A DNA stretch of 64,000 nucleotides from assembly GCA_964360855.1 (NCBI GenBank), contig CAYHXV010000001.1:20042-84041 (forward strand), read 5' to 3'. Below, in pieces: positions 29,797 to 39,794 of this stretch (position 1 is its first letter; the number at the start of each line of letters is the position of its first letter). The notes under the pieces are model-generated. The model made no database searches and was not told where the DNA came from. It worked only from the letters and a program-made list of their open reading frames with translations. This stretch comes from an uncultured Candidatus Saccharibacteria bacterium. Its GTDB lineage: Bacteria > Patescibacteriota > Minisyncoccia > Phycocordibacterales > Phycocordibacteraceae. Both the position numbers and the translations under genes were made by a program.

Positions 29797-29945
29797 GGGG
29801 TAACTATAGCAATAAAAGACGTGCAGCAGAAAGGGGATCAGGAGCCTTTATTCGCGAACTGTCAATGATCAAGTCTGTATGGTGAGTTCTTGGAGTCTTA
29901 TACGATGCGTCTCGTATAAGAGGCTGGTATCTTGATCACCCACCT

Positions 29946-30626
29946 CTAGTTTGCAGGCTCATTAAATTTAAAGCTGGAAAGGATTTTCTGAAGAGTTGGA
30001 TTCAAGCCATTAATGGCGGGGCTGATCATGATCTTTAATCCATATTTGCTGTTGATCGGTACGATATATACAGCTGGAGATTGGTGTAAAAAGGCATATG
30101 CTTGAATTCCGCCGACTGTCGCGTTTGATGCGACTACTTTAGTAGTAACATTCTTCGCTTCTCTACAATACGTGCTCATGTTGAAGTCTGTACAGCTTAT
30201 GCTGACCCACTCCTTTTTAGACGAGTCATACATGATTTCAGCGGAAGGATCTTCACCGACCCGAAGATTCCCTATGGGAAGAACTTCGACCGAAGCTCTC
30301 ATTCTTTGTGCTGAATCTGATGAGGCGTAAGAAAAATTATAGGTATCCTCTCGCTTCCAATTAGAAGGTACTTCGAAGCCAAAGCCTCTCTCGTCCGCAT
30401 ACCGTATCCATTCCGTTTCGTTAGCAGTCTTGATAACTGGATTTTGTATTGCAGCCTCTCCTGCTATATCATTTTTTTCTGTCGTTGAAGTAGAAGAAGT
30501 GCTTGCCGCTTTCTTCATTTGGTCTGGACTGGAAACAGATCTCTTTGCAAAGACGTAATATCCTCCGATAGCGAGAATTACGATAAGTATGAGACCGAAT
30601 AGGATTTGATAGCGTTGAGTTTTCAT
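29946..30626 (-). CDS. Exported hypothetical protein (PsbP-like pattern)
   Basis: N-terminal TM, Ser/Thr linker, GFGFEVPSNW, KILSSFKF; AT-rich. Confidence 0.7.
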   Translation of the reverse strand: MKTQRYQILFGLILIVILAIGGYYVFAKRSVSSPDQMKKAASTSSTSTTEKNDIAGEAAIQNPVIKTANETEWIRYADERGFGFEVPSNWKREDTYNFSYASSDSAQRMRASVEVLPIGNLRVGEDPSAEIMYDSSKKEWVSISCTDFNMSTYCREAKNVTTKVVASNATVGGIQAYAFLHQSPAVYIVPINSKYGLKIMISPAINGLNPTLQKILSSFKFNEPAN

Positions 30627-30698
30627 GAAGAAATTGTATCACCCTTATAGTTTCCAGAGAGCCGTTAGATTTCTCGAACGCAAGAACCTAACACAACT

Positions 30699-30772
30699 TG
30701 GCTGGGAGATTAGGGATCGAACCTAAATTCACGGCTTCAAAGGCCGCTGTCCTACCATTAGACGATCTCCCA
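30699..30772 (-). tRNA. tRNA-Gln(UUG)
   Basis: Cloverleaf TGGGAGA..CTTTGAA..GGTTCGATCC..TCTCCCAGCCA. Confidence 0.95.
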
Positions 30773-30784
30773 ATAGCGCACAAA

Positions 30785-31819
30785 CTAATCTTGCCTAGAA
30801 ACCTCCAACACTGCAAGCTCGAGCGGCAGTGCTGGAATGGGGCTAAAGCGCATCCGACTCGCCGCATCGAGAAACATGCGCAGAGTGTTGTGTGTCAGCT
30901 TTGAATCTTTGGTACTCGCCAGTGCCTCCACTTCTCCATACACATCTGCCCCAAGCTCAGCTTGAATGTCTTTGCGCAGCTCTGGCGCGTGCCGCACCAG
31001 AAGCACCGAGCGCATGAATTCAAGCACCAACGAAAGATAGAGATTCATGTCCACGTCCTGCCCGCTCGCACTACGCACCGCAACCAGCGCCTCCTCTGTC
31101 TTCCCCTCAGACAGAGCCCGAACAAGCGCACACACTAGTGCATGCTTTGGCGCTCCGGTAGCTTGTTCAACCTCTACCAGAGACAGTTTCTTGTCCGTTG
31201 CCGAGGCAAGTACTTTCTCAAGCACCGAGAGTGCGTCACGGTATGAACCATCGGCAAGCATACCAATGAGATCTGCTCCAGCTAGCTCGAGGCTGTATCC
31301 CTCCTTCTTTGCCACACTCGCAACGAGCGTGGACAACCCTTCTCGGTTTGGCTTCCTAAACTCAAACACCTGGCAGCGAGACCGCACCGTCTCCGGAACT
31401 TTCTCAAGCTCAGTGGTGGCAAGAATGAAGATGGCATGTGCAGGAGGCTCCTCGAGCGTCTTCAAGAAAGCATTCCATGCTCCTTTAGATAGCATGTGTG
31501 CCTCGTCCAAGATGTACACCTTGTACGGGGAATTGAACGGCAGGGTGTACACCTGCTCGGTCAGAGAGCGTATCTCATCCACCCCGTTGTTTGAAGCAGC
31601 ATCAATCTCATAGAGATCTCTATCTGAAACTCCTAACTCTTGAGCAAAAATGCGCGCAACAGAAGTCTTCCCCAGTCCCCGACTTCCGGCAAACAAATAC
31701 GCATGTCCCACTTTCTTAAGAGAGAGTTGCTCCTGAAGCGGCCTCACGATCTGATCCTGCCCAATGAGGTCTTTAAAGGTGTGCGGACGATATGCGCGAT
31801 ACAGGGACTGGTGTGCCAT
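30785..31819 (-). CDS. dnaX: DNA polymerase III subunit gamma/tau (short form, no Zn module)
   Basis: LYRAYRP, GSRGLGKTS, EIDAASN, DEAHML, KTLEEPP, SRC. Confidence 0.95.
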   Translation of the reverse strand: MAHQSLYRAYRPHTFKDLIGQDQIVRPLQEQLSLKKVGHAYLFAGSRGLGKTSVARIFAQELGVSDRDLYEIDAASNNGVDEIRSLTEQVYTLPFNSPYKVYILDEAHMLSKGAWNAFLKTLEEPPAHAIFILATTELEKVPETVRSRCQVFEFRKPNREGLSTLVASVAKKEGYSLELAGADLIGMLADGSYRDALSVLEKVLASATDKKLSLVEVEQATGAPKHALVCALVRALSEGKTEEALVAVRSASGQDVDMNLYLSLVLEFMRSVLLVRHAPELRKDIQAELGADVYGEVEALASTKDSKLTHNTLRMFLDAASRMRFSPIPALPLELAVLEVSRQD

Positions 31820-31826
31820 AGGGGGA

Positions 31827-32774
31827 TTATAGCAGTGCCCTAAACGAAGCGTAATCATCTGCTTCCATGAGTTTGGTGCGAAGCTCGCCAGACCCCTCAA
31901 ATCCCGTCACAAACGCTTTCACATGCTTCTTCAATATATGGAAGGACTTCTGGGGACGGAGCTGCTCATACCCACTTGCTAGCTCGAGCAGTGCCTTCAG
32001 TTTCTCCTCTCGGGAGACATCAAAGCGCTCGGTAAACAACCAAGGATTCCCGAATATTGCCCGCCCTAGCATAATGCCGTCTGCTCCAGACTCATGAGCG
32101 CGCACCCGTGCCTCTGCAATATCCTGCACATCCCCGTTCCCGAGTATGAGCGTCTCGGGACTCACTCGATCACGAATACGCACCGCTTCGGGCATCAATT
32201 CCCAGTGTGCGGGAACCTTACTCATTTCTTTGCGTGTACGCAGGTGCACGGTGAGGGCTGCTGGTTTTTCCTCAAGCACACTCGTTAACCACTCCCCCAT
32301 GTTCTCACTGTTGTATCCAATGCGCGTCTTCACCGAGACGGGCAGGCCACTCTGGGCTGCCGCTCGAATAATTTCCTTAGCGCGTTCAGGATTCTTAATC
32401 ATAGCGGCCCCACAACCCTGCTTTTCAATAGACTTATCAGGGCACCCCATATTGATGTCTACCCCATCAAATCCGAGAGAAGCACAAAGCTTCGCTGCGT
32501 ACGCCATGTTCTCCGGGTTACTCGAGAACAACTGCGCCACAATAGGGCGCTCTGCTTCGGAGAAGAGAAGATCCCGCATGAGCGGATTCTCTTCGTCCTT
32601 CATGCCCTTCTTTTCGCGTGTATGAAAAATACCATCCGCTGAAACAAACTCCGTCCAGGTGACGTCCGCCGCCCCATAGGCAGCGATTATCTTGCGGTAT
32701 GCCGGGTCCGTCACATCCGCCATGGGGGCGAGTGCAAAGAATGGCTTTGGTAGCTTGGTCCAGAATGAATCCAT
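31827..32774 (-). CDS. dus: tRNA-dihydrouridine synthase
   Basis: LAPMADVTD, DINMGCP, SVKTRIG, GNGDV, GRAIFGNPW. Confidence 0.93.
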   Translation of the reverse strand: MDSFWTKLPKPFFALAPMADVTDPAYRKIIAAYGAADVTWTEFVSADGIFHTREKKGMKDEENPLMRDLLFSEAERPIVAQLFSSNPENMAYAAKLCASLGFDGVDINMGCPDKSIEKQGCGAAMIKNPERAKEIIRAAAQSGLPVSVKTRIGYNSENMGEWLTSVLEEKPAALTVHLRTRKEMSKVPAHWELMPEAVRIRDRVSPETLILGNGDVQDIAEARVRAHESGADGIMLGRAIFGNPWLFTERFDVSREEKLKALLELASGYEQLRPQKSFHILKKHVKAFVTGFEGSGELRTKLMEADDYASFRALL

Positions 32775-32806
32775 GTGTAATGACTACCGCATTGCCCACC
32801 CTCTGT

Positions 32807-33745
32807 CTACTCACTGCTTCCGCGCTTGCGCAGATACACCTTGCGCTCAAAGCGCAAATCAACATACTCAACACTTCCATCATTCAAGGAGAGTGTGGGG
32901 AATACACTTGCGGCAAGGGTAGCCGCTGCTCGCTCCTGGCCGATGATGTAGGTGATGCGAGTTCTCCCAGTTGTATAGAAATCAGCTTCGTCCCCTCGAA
33001 ACGCCACCTCTGCAATATTGGCGTTTAGTCCTTTCAGTGCACGCGCAAGCTGCAGAGTATTTGGAATACTCTCGGTGTTCGTTAGATGAGAGCGTATCGG
33101 CGTAAGGGGGTCTCCATCAATAGGCGCATACATACGAAGGTGAAGTGTTGAGGATGCCACCGGCACTTCTCCCGTATAGGGCGCAAAGATAAGTCCGTCC
33201 GGGTCTGCGGCATAACAAGGCTCCGTTGCTGTCTCGCGCGCAACACCGCACCATACAAAGGCACTGGTGCGCGCTATGGGCACCACATGGAGCGTGGTTA
33301 GCCCCTCAGGCTTGAATGAAACCGCAACAATATCGGGGTGCTCTTTGAGTATTCTCTTTCTAATGTCGGACTCTGGAATAAAGAACAGGGAGTTGCGCGG
33401 AACTATAAGGAAGTAGCTGCCCCTTAGGGCTCCCATACTTAGTTCGATCACACTCTCGCTACTAGCTCCCTCTGCGGTCACCTGCTGTATGCGAAGCGGC
33501 GGAAGCCAGACAAGATAAAACAAGCACGCGAGTGAAAGCACCACAACTATCGAGAGGCCAATAAAGAAAAACTTCTTAGCCCGTTTACGACGAAGCTTCA
33601 GTGGTTCACTCGAAACTGGCGGGCGAGCTTTACGAACTGCCTTCACGGGAGCAGCGCGTTTAACAGCGCTAGCAGCGCGAACGGGAACCGGTCGCGTTGC
33701 TGCTACCGGCTTACGCTCGATGTCCCAGGATTTCTTTGCCGACAT
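32807..33745 (-). CDS. FtsQ/DivIB-like cell division protein
   Basis: Basic N-tail, single TM, POTRA-like region, YVDLRF C-terminal motif. Confidence 0.75.
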   Translation of the reverse strand: MSAKKSWDIERKPVAATRPVPVRAASAVKRAAPVKAVRKARPPVSSEPLKLRRKRAKKFFFIGLSIVVVLSLACLFYLVWLPPLRIQQVTAEGASSESVIELSMGALRGSYFLIVPRNSLFFIPESDIRKRILKEHPDIVAVSFKPEGLTTLHVVPIARTSAFVWCGVARETATEPCYAADPDGLIFAPYTGEVPVASSTLHLRMYAPIDGDPLTPIRSHLTNTESIPNTLQLARALKGLNANIAEVAFRGDEADFYTTGRTRITYIIGQERAAATLAASVFPTLSLNDGSVEYVDLRFERKVYLRKRGSSE

Positions 33746-34979
33746 AGGGAACGAGTACCTCGGGCACACGTACCGTGCCGTCCTCCTGCTGATAGTTCTC
33801 AACTATAGATACCAAGATGCGTGGCGTTGGAATAGCTGTTGAATTCAAAGAGTGTGCGAAACGAAGTACCCCTGCTTCATCTCGATAGCGAATATTTAAT
33901 CTGCGGGTCTGGAAATCGTGGAAGTATGAAGCGGAACTAATCTCCCGATACGTATTCTCTCCGGGAACCCACAACTCAATATCATATTTCTTCACCTGTC
34001 CCAGACCCAAATCTCCTCCACAGTTAATAACCGTATGATACGGAATGCCCAAGAGTTCAATAAACTCTTCGGTGTTGCGGTTCAGCCAATCATGCAAGCG
34101 CACAGACTCAGTGTGGTCTGCTCGGCAAAGCACCACCTGCTCCCACTTCTGGAACTCGTGTACTCTGATAAGTCCCCGCACATCTTTTCCATGCGAGCCA
34201 GCTTCTCGTCTAAAGCAGGGAGAGAAGGCCAGGAACTTTGTTGTATCCTTTTCTAAATCAATCGTCTCATTCATGTAGTACCCCATAGTGGCTACTTCCG
34301 CCGTACCCGAGAGGTACTCCCCATCCTGGGTCTTATACAAATCCTCTTCACTCTGAGGCAAATACCCGGTTCCCATGAAAGTCTCTCGACGTACCAATGA
34401 AGGAACAATCATGGGCTCAAGGCCCTTTGCGGAAAAGTGCTTGAGCGCAAGTTGCGAAATCGCGTTGGCCAAGAGTACCCCGTCTCCCTTCAAGAAATAT
34501 CCCCGGAATCCCGCAACCTTGGTACCGCGTTCAAAGTCCGCCATGCCAAGGGCGGTCATAATATCCACATGGTTCTTGGGAGTGAAAGAGAACTGCGTTG
34601 GCTCTCCGTGTCTCGTCACTTCCACATTGTCCTGGTCCCCATCTCCCTCAGGCACCGTCATATCGGGAATGTTAGGCACGGAGAGCATAAGTGTCTGCCA
34701 CTCCTCGAGCACCGTCTTTAATTTCTCTTCCTGTTCCTGCATGCCGTCCTTAAGCATACGGAGGGACTCAAGAAGTTTATTCTTCTCCTCTCCTTGAATA
34801 TTGGTGATATTAAAGCTGGCACGATTCTGCTCTGCACGCCTGGCATCAAGTTCCTGCCGGAGACTCTTGCGCTCATCGTCCACCGCAATCAAGCGGTCGA
34901 TATCGACCTCAATATGCTTCTTGCGCGCGCCCTCCTTAATCAGGTCTGCGTTCTCCCGGATGAAATGGATATCAAGCAT
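33711..34979 (-). CDS. serS: Serine--tRNA ligase
   Basis: MLDI start, TAE, CFRREAG, RVHEFQKWEQ, EISSAS. Confidence 0.97.
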   Translation of the reverse strand: MLDIHFIRENADLIKEGARKKHIEVDIDRLIAVDDERKSLRQELDARRAEQNRASFNITNIQGEEKNKLLESLRMLKDGMQEQEEKLKTVLEEWQTLMLSVPNIPDMTVPEGDGDQDNVEVTRHGEPTQFSFTPKNHVDIMTALGMADFERGTKVAGFRGYFLKGDGVLLANAISQLALKHFSAKGLEPMIVPSLVRRETFMGTGYLPQSEEDLYKTQDGEYLSGTAEVATMGYYMNETIDLEKDTTKFLAFSPCFRREAGSHGKDVRGLIRVHEFQKWEQVVLCRADHTESVRLHDWLNRNTEEFIELLGIPYHTVINCGGDLGLGQVKKYDIELWVPGENTYREISSASYFHDFQTRRLNIRYRDEAGVLRFAHSLNSTAIPTPRILVSIVENYQQEDGTVRVPEVLVPYVGKEILGHRA

Positions 34980-34984
34980 AGGAT

Positions 34985-35614
34985 TTATCGCTGATCAAGG
35001 GCTACCTTTCCCGCAAGCAGCACAAGTACTGCTCCCATTGCCTGTTCGACACGATGCAAAGAGCGAGTCAGTAAATTCTTAAAATAAGTCACGTTAAGGA
35101 AAAGTGTAAGGATTGAAAACCAAATACCAACAAGAACAGCAACCTCAAGGCCGTATGCAACTTTTAACACAAACGGTGTATTAATATTTATAACCTGGGT
35201 AAATATAGCAAGAAAGAATAGTGTTGCTTTTGGATTTAGTACATTGGTCAAGAAACCTTCCCTAAAGGAGGTAATGAGAGTTGTGTTTGGAGAGGTTTGA
35301 CTAAAAACTTCCTTCGCGCCCTCGGTTTTTTTGGAGAAGAGCATGTTAAGTCCTAGATAGAGCAGGTAGATAGCTCCGAGCCACTTAACGATAGTGAATG
35401 CAAGAATTGATTGCGAAACCAGTGTCCCTATGCCAATTATAGAATATGTGGCGTGCACTAAACAACCTGTAGCGACCCCGAGTGCTGTGACGATACCCGC
35501 ACGTTTGGAGCTGATAACGGCATTCTTGACCACCATAGCAAAATCGGGGCCAGGGCTCATGGCCCCAAGTAATGCCACTGCGCCTACAGAAAAAAATCCC
35601 AATACGTACTCCAT
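34985..35614 (-). CDS. LysE/RhtB family exporter
   Basis: SPGPDF and NVLNPKATLFF motifs. Confidence 0.92.
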   Translation of the reverse strand: MEYVLGFFSVGAVALLGAMSPGPDFAMVVKNAVISSKRAGIVTALGVATGCLVHATYSIIGIGTLVSQSILAFTIVKWLGAIYLLYLGLNMLFSKKTEGAKEVFSQTSPNTTLITSFREGFLTNVLNPKATLFFLAIFTQVININTPFVLKVAYGLEVAVLVGIWFSILTLFLNVTYFKNLLTRSLHRVEQAMGAVLVLLAGKVALDQR

Positions 35615-35629
35615 AATAGAAAGCATAGT

Positions 35630-36484
35630 ATGGAGAACGATTTGCGACAACTCATGCCAGACGAATACCCCGCACAATTGCGGGAAATTCCCCAGGTTCC
35701 AAAGCATCTCTGGCTTCGCGGAACCCTCCCACCTTCCGACACAAAGTACCTGGCGGTGGTGGGTTCTAGAGCACTTACCCCCTACGGGCGGGAGGTTACC
35801 CGCACCCTTATTAAAGGACTCGCAGGATACCCCATCTCTATAGTTTCTGGATTAGCGTTGGGTACAGACGCAGAAGCACACCGAGCAGCGCTTGAATCCG
35901 GACTTCACACGGTTGCAATGCCAGGCTCAGGTATTGCAGACTCGGCCATTGCGCCTCGCACCAACTTTCAACTCGCTCAAGAAATTCTTAAGCAAGGCGG
36001 TGCCCTTCTCTCTGAATATCCGCCGGAGAGCCACGCAGCCACCTGGACATTCCCCCAGAGAAACAGACTCATGGTTGGGCTCTCGCATGCGGTACTGGTG
36101 ATAGAAGCAGGAGAGCGATCCGGCACTCTTATAACAGCCCGACTTGCCGGGGAATACAATCGAGACTTGTTGTGTGTCCCGCATCGTATTGGAGACGTGC
36201 ATGGATACGGTGCACACCTCTTTATTAGACTTGGTGCAGGACTCGTGAGTGAGAGCGCACACATTCTTGAGGCTCTGGGAATACGAGAGCGAGATGCTGT
36301 TGGTACTGCGCAAGTGCTCTCGCCAGACGAGCAGACGGTGTTCGACTTACTGGATAAACCACTGTCTCGCGAAGAGGTGATTGAACGCTCTTCCTTGTCT
36401 TCGGGAGACACGCTTTCGACACTGGTGATGCTTGAGCTGCGAGGGGTGGTGAAGGAAGAAATGGGGGTGTGGCGCAGGACATGA
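35630..36484 (+). CDS. dprA: DNA-processing protein DprA
   Basis: AVVGSR, VSGLALGTD, FPQRNR, EAGERSGTLITA. Confidence 0.95.
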   Translation: MENDLRQLMPDEYPAQLREIPQVPKHLWLRGTLPPSDTKYLAVVGSRALTPYGREVTRTLIKGLAGYPISIVSGLALGTDAEAHRAALESGLHTVAMPGSGIADSAIAPRTNFQLAQEILKQGGALLSEYPPESHAATWTFPQRNRLMVGLSHAVLVIEAGERSGTLITARLAGEYNRDLLCVPHRIGDVHGYGAHLFIRLGAGLVSESAHILEALGIRERDAVGTAQVLSPDEQTVFDLLDKPLSREEVIERSSLSSGDTLSTLVMLELRGVVKEEMGVWRRT

Positions 36485-36536
36485 CAGAGAGGAATTTTAT
36501 GATATAGTTCGCTCGGATTAGAAAAAGGGACAAGTT

Positions 36537-36782
36537 ATGTCACTTCCGAAACCTGCCTGGCACTCCCTCTTTGAAGAAATGCCTACTCTCGCGAGTACTG
36601 ATGCACGACAAGATCTGAGTGCGACAATCCGATTGGTTGAGCAAGAACGGTCTCGAGTGCTGCTAACAACCTATGGTGCGCCACGCGCTGCGCTCATTTC
36701 GCTTCCCGATCTTGCACTGCTTCGCGTTCTCGATCAGCATCCTGGACTTCTGAAGAAAGTACGGTCTTTCATTCCAAACTGA
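36537..36782 (+). CDS. Phd/YefM-like antitoxin
   Basis: STDARQDLS..VLLTTYGAPRAALIS pattern. Confidence 0.65.
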   Translation: MSLPKPAWHSLFEEMPTLASTDARQDLSATIRLVEQERSRVLLTTYGAPRAALISLPDLALLRVLDQHPGLLKKVRSFIPN

Positions 36783-36793
36783 AGGAGATAGTA

Positions 36794-37165
36794 ATGCCTG
36801 TTATCAAGGTGTGGTGCTTGCCGCCACAATCTGAAGAGCAGTTGAAAGCGCTCTTTGACTCCATCATCGCGGCCACCGTCTCGGTGCGAGGATTCAACTT
36901 CAAAGGCATGACGGATACCACCGTTCTGTTTCCGTCCGACATGATGTCTTTCGGTATCGGAACCGATATCTGCATCGAAGCCGGAAGCCAGGCGTTCGCG
37001 CCTAGCAAGGTCGGTCAGGAAGAGCGCAACGCCTTCGCGCAAGCGATGGTTGGCGCCGTTGCCAAGCATTTCCCGAAAGCGAAGATTGAGTGCATCGCCT
37101 TCTCGTACAACTCGGGTGTTGACTGCGGGGTCGCTCACTACGAACCCGAGTCGAACTTGTCCTAG
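36794..37165 (+). CDS. Hypothetical protein, tautomerase-like (N-terminal Pro)
   Basis: GAAGGAG RBS; MPVIKV start; beta-alpha-beta repeat pattern. Confidence 0.6.
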   Translation: MPVIKVWCLPPQSEEQLKALFDSIIAATVSVRGFNFKGMTDTTVLFPSDMMSFGIGTDICIEAGSQAFAPSKVGQEERNAFAQAMVGAVAKHFPKAKIECIAFSYNSGVDCGVAHYEPESNLS

Positions 37166-37258
37166 GGAAGGGCGCTCGAGCACACGTATCTGCATCTATT
37201 CTAAGGTCGCGTCCATGCCTATTGGATGCCCCAATAATCTGCATTGATGCAAACTTCC

Positions 37259-37295
37259 GCCCACCAAAGCCACTCGGCTTTGGTGGGTGGTTTCT
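37259..37295 (+). terminator. Rho-independent terminator
   Basis: CCCACCAAAGCC/GGCTTTGGTGGG stem. Confidence 0.7.
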
Positions 37296-37353
37296 GTTTT
37301 CTTAGAGGTTGTACCTTGACCTACCTATATAAGGTGCGGTATGAGTGAGCTAC

Positions 37354-39756
37354 ATGGCTTCCAAACTTCTCATTGTCGAGTCCCCCGCAAAGGCACGCAC
37401 TATTCAGCAGTATCTGGGTACCGGATACGAGGTGCTTGCTTCGGTGGGCCACGTGCGAGACCTGCCCAAGTCCAACAAGGATGCGGTGGATATTGAAAAC
37501 GACTTCACGCCACGGTACGTTATCTCGCCTGATAAACGCGAGGTGATTGAGAAGATAACAAGGGCAGCAGCGAAGGCAGACGAAATCTTCCTTGCTACTG
37601 ACCCGGACCGCGAAGGAGAAGCTATTGCCTGGCATATCAAAGAGGCAGTCGGCATGAAAAAGCCAAAGCGGGTTGTCTTTCATGAGATAACAAAAGCTGC
37701 AGTGGAGGAAGCACTTGAGCACCCGCGCCTCATAGACGAGAACCTCAGACAAGCACAAGAAGCCCGCCGGGTTCTAGACCGCATTGTGGGGTACGATCTC
37801 TCCGGACTTATCTGGAAGAAGGTGCGCTATGGTCTCTCTGCCGGACGCGTGCAATCTCCGGCACTGCGCATTCTTGCAGAGCGTGAACGTGAGATTAAAG
37901 CATTCGTTCCTGAAACTTATTATTCTCTTGATGCCCTCTTCAAAGCCAAGGGAGGAGAGTTCCCTGCCGCGTGTACCGTTGAACCAACAACCGCTGAAGA
38001 GTCCGAGCGCATTGTTACACTCGGACGCGCAAGCTCCTGGAGCATCGCTGAAATTAGTGAACGAGAGGAGGAGCGCAATCCGCGTCCTCCCTTCACCACC
38101 TCCACCCTACAACAGGTGGCGTCCACACGCCTTGGCTTCTCACCAAGTCGCACAATGCGCGCTGCACAGAAGCTCTATGAATCTGGCTTCATCACCTATA
38201 TGCGTACGGACTCGGTGAATCTTTCGGTGGACGCCGTCTCAAAGATTGCCGAGGTGGTGGTGAAGGAATTTGGAAAGGACTATCTTGAAACGCGCGCATA
38301 CAAAACTAAGAGCAAGAATGCACAGGAGGCACACGAAGCCGTGCGTCCAACAGACTCAAATCGCGCACACGCGGGAAGCCCTGGGGATGAACAGCACCTG
38401 TACGAATTAATCCGCGCACGCACCGTTGCCTCTCAAATGAAGGCAGCGAAAATGCTTCGCACCAGCGTGAAAGTGAAAGCAGCTGCGGATATTCCTCTCT
38501 TTAGTACGAACGGTTCTCGTTTACTCTTTCCGGGCTGGCTTGCCTGCGACACCAAGGCGCGAGGTGAAGATGTCGAACTGCCAAAGCTTGCAGAGGGTGA
38601 GGCGGTCTCCCTTGTGTCTCTCGGTTCTCTTGAAAAGCAAACGGAGCCACCGAACCGATACACCGAAGCAGGGCTGGTGAAGGAGCTCGAGAAGCGCGGT
38701 ATCGGGAGACCATCCACCTATGCCAGTATCATGAAGACTATTCAGGATCGTGGGTATGTGGAGAAGACGGGACGCACCCTCACTCCAACTGCCACCGGTA
38801 TGGTGGTGTCCGGCTGGCTTGAGGAGCACTTTGCGGAGTATGTCTCAGACTCCTTCACGGCAGAAATGGAAGACGAGCTTGATGAAATTGCACGCGGCGA
38901 GCGTGGATACGCTGCCACTCTGCAGGAGTTCTATACTCCCTTTGCGAAAGCGGTGGCAAGCAAGGAGGACTTGCCAAAGGCAACGTCTCTTGGAGCAGTT
39001 CCCGCAGAGTTTGTGTGTCCACTGTGTAGTGCCTCAATGGAATTCAAGTTAGGACGTGGAGGCATATTCATGAGCTGTACCCGGTATCCGGAGTGCGAAG
39101 GCGCTCGCCAAGAGGATGGGACGGAGGTGAAACCGGAAGAGGCAATTGGAAACGACCCAGCTACCGGCGGACCTATTTTTGTGAAGACCGGACGCTTTGG
39201 TCCGTATGTTGAATTGGTACTTCCAATGAAAGAAGTTGTTGCGGTTCCTGAGACTCCACTTTTGACCAAGTCCGGCAAGCCAAGCAAACGAAAACCAAAG
39301 AAGGTGGCCGGGCCAAAGCCGGAACTGCGACGCGCAAGTATTCCCGCAGGAGTACCGCTTGATACCGTGGATCTGAAGTTAGCACTGCACTATCTCTCTC
39401 TTCCTCGTGAGCTCGGAAGCCACCCAACCAGTGGCAAACCAATTATTGCTAACATTGGTCGCTTCGGTCCGTACGTGGGACACGATGGAGAGTTTCGTTC
39501 ACTCAAGAAGTTAGACGACCCATACACCATAACGCTTGAACGCGCGATTGCCGTGCTTGCCGAGCCAAAGCTTCCTCCAAAGGGCGTGACTATTATTCGT
39601 GAACTAGGGAAACATCCGAAGACTGGCAAAACACTCACCTTATACAAATCAAAGTCCGGGTATTTCTTAAAGAAAGGACTGCGTCGCATCTCACTTCCTG
39701 AGAGCATGAATCCGGATACTCTTTCCGCTGAAGAAGCGGCAAGCTACCTTACATAA
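37354..39756 (+). CDS. topA: DNA topoisomerase I
   Basis: IVESPAKA, ATDPDREGE, SAGRVQS, ITYMRTD; one Zn ribbon plus GRFGPY repeats. Confidence 0.97.
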   Translation: MASKLLIVESPAKARTIQQYLGTGYEVLASVGHVRDLPKSNKDAVDIENDFTPRYVISPDKREVIEKITRAAAKADEIFLATDPDREGEAIAWHIKEAVGMKKPKRVVFHEITKAAVEEALEHPRLIDENLRQAQEARRVLDRIVGYDLSGLIWKKVRYGLSAGRVQSPALRILAEREREIKAFVPETYYSLDALFKAKGGEFPAACTVEPTTAEESERIVTLGRASSWSIAEISEREEERNPRPPFTTSTLQQVASTRLGFSPSRTMRAAQKLYESGFITYMRTDSVNLSVDAVSKIAEVVVKEFGKDYLETRAYKTKSKNAQEAHEAVRPTDSNRAHAGSPGDEQHLYELIRARTVASQMKAAKMLRTSVKVKAAADIPLFSTNGSRLLFPGWLACDTKARGEDVELPKLAEGEAVSLVSLGSLEKQTEPPNRYTEAGLVKELEKRGIGRPSTYASIMKTIQDRGYVEKTGRTLTPTATGMVVSGWLEEHFAEYVSDSFTAEMEDELDEIARGERGYAATLQEFYTPFAKAVASKEDLPKATSLGAVPAEFVCPLCSASMEFKLGRGGIFMSCTRYPECEGARQEDGTEVKPEEAIGNDPATGGPIFVKTGRFGPYVELVLPMKEVVAVPETPLLTKSGKPSKRKPKKVAGPKPELRRASIPAGVPLDTVDLKLALHYLSLPRELGSHPTSGKPIIANIGRFGPYVGHDGEFRSLKKLDDPYTITLERAIAVLAEPKLPPKGVTIIRELGKHPKTGKTLTLYKSKSGYFLKKGLRRISLPESMNPDTLSAEEAASYLT

Positions 39757-39762
39757 AGAGGA

Positions 39763-39789
39763 AGCCCGCAGTCTTTCGACTGCGGGGCT
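39763..39789. terminator. Hairpin between topA and the convergent small ORF
   Basis: CCCGCAGTC-TTTC-GACTGCGGG. Confidence 0.7.
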
Positions 39790-39794
39790 GATTC

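Noticed and set aside
30640-30700. Integron attC-like GTTAGAT next to the AT-rich gene
   Set aside because: No matching inverse core at a suitable distance and no integron integrase
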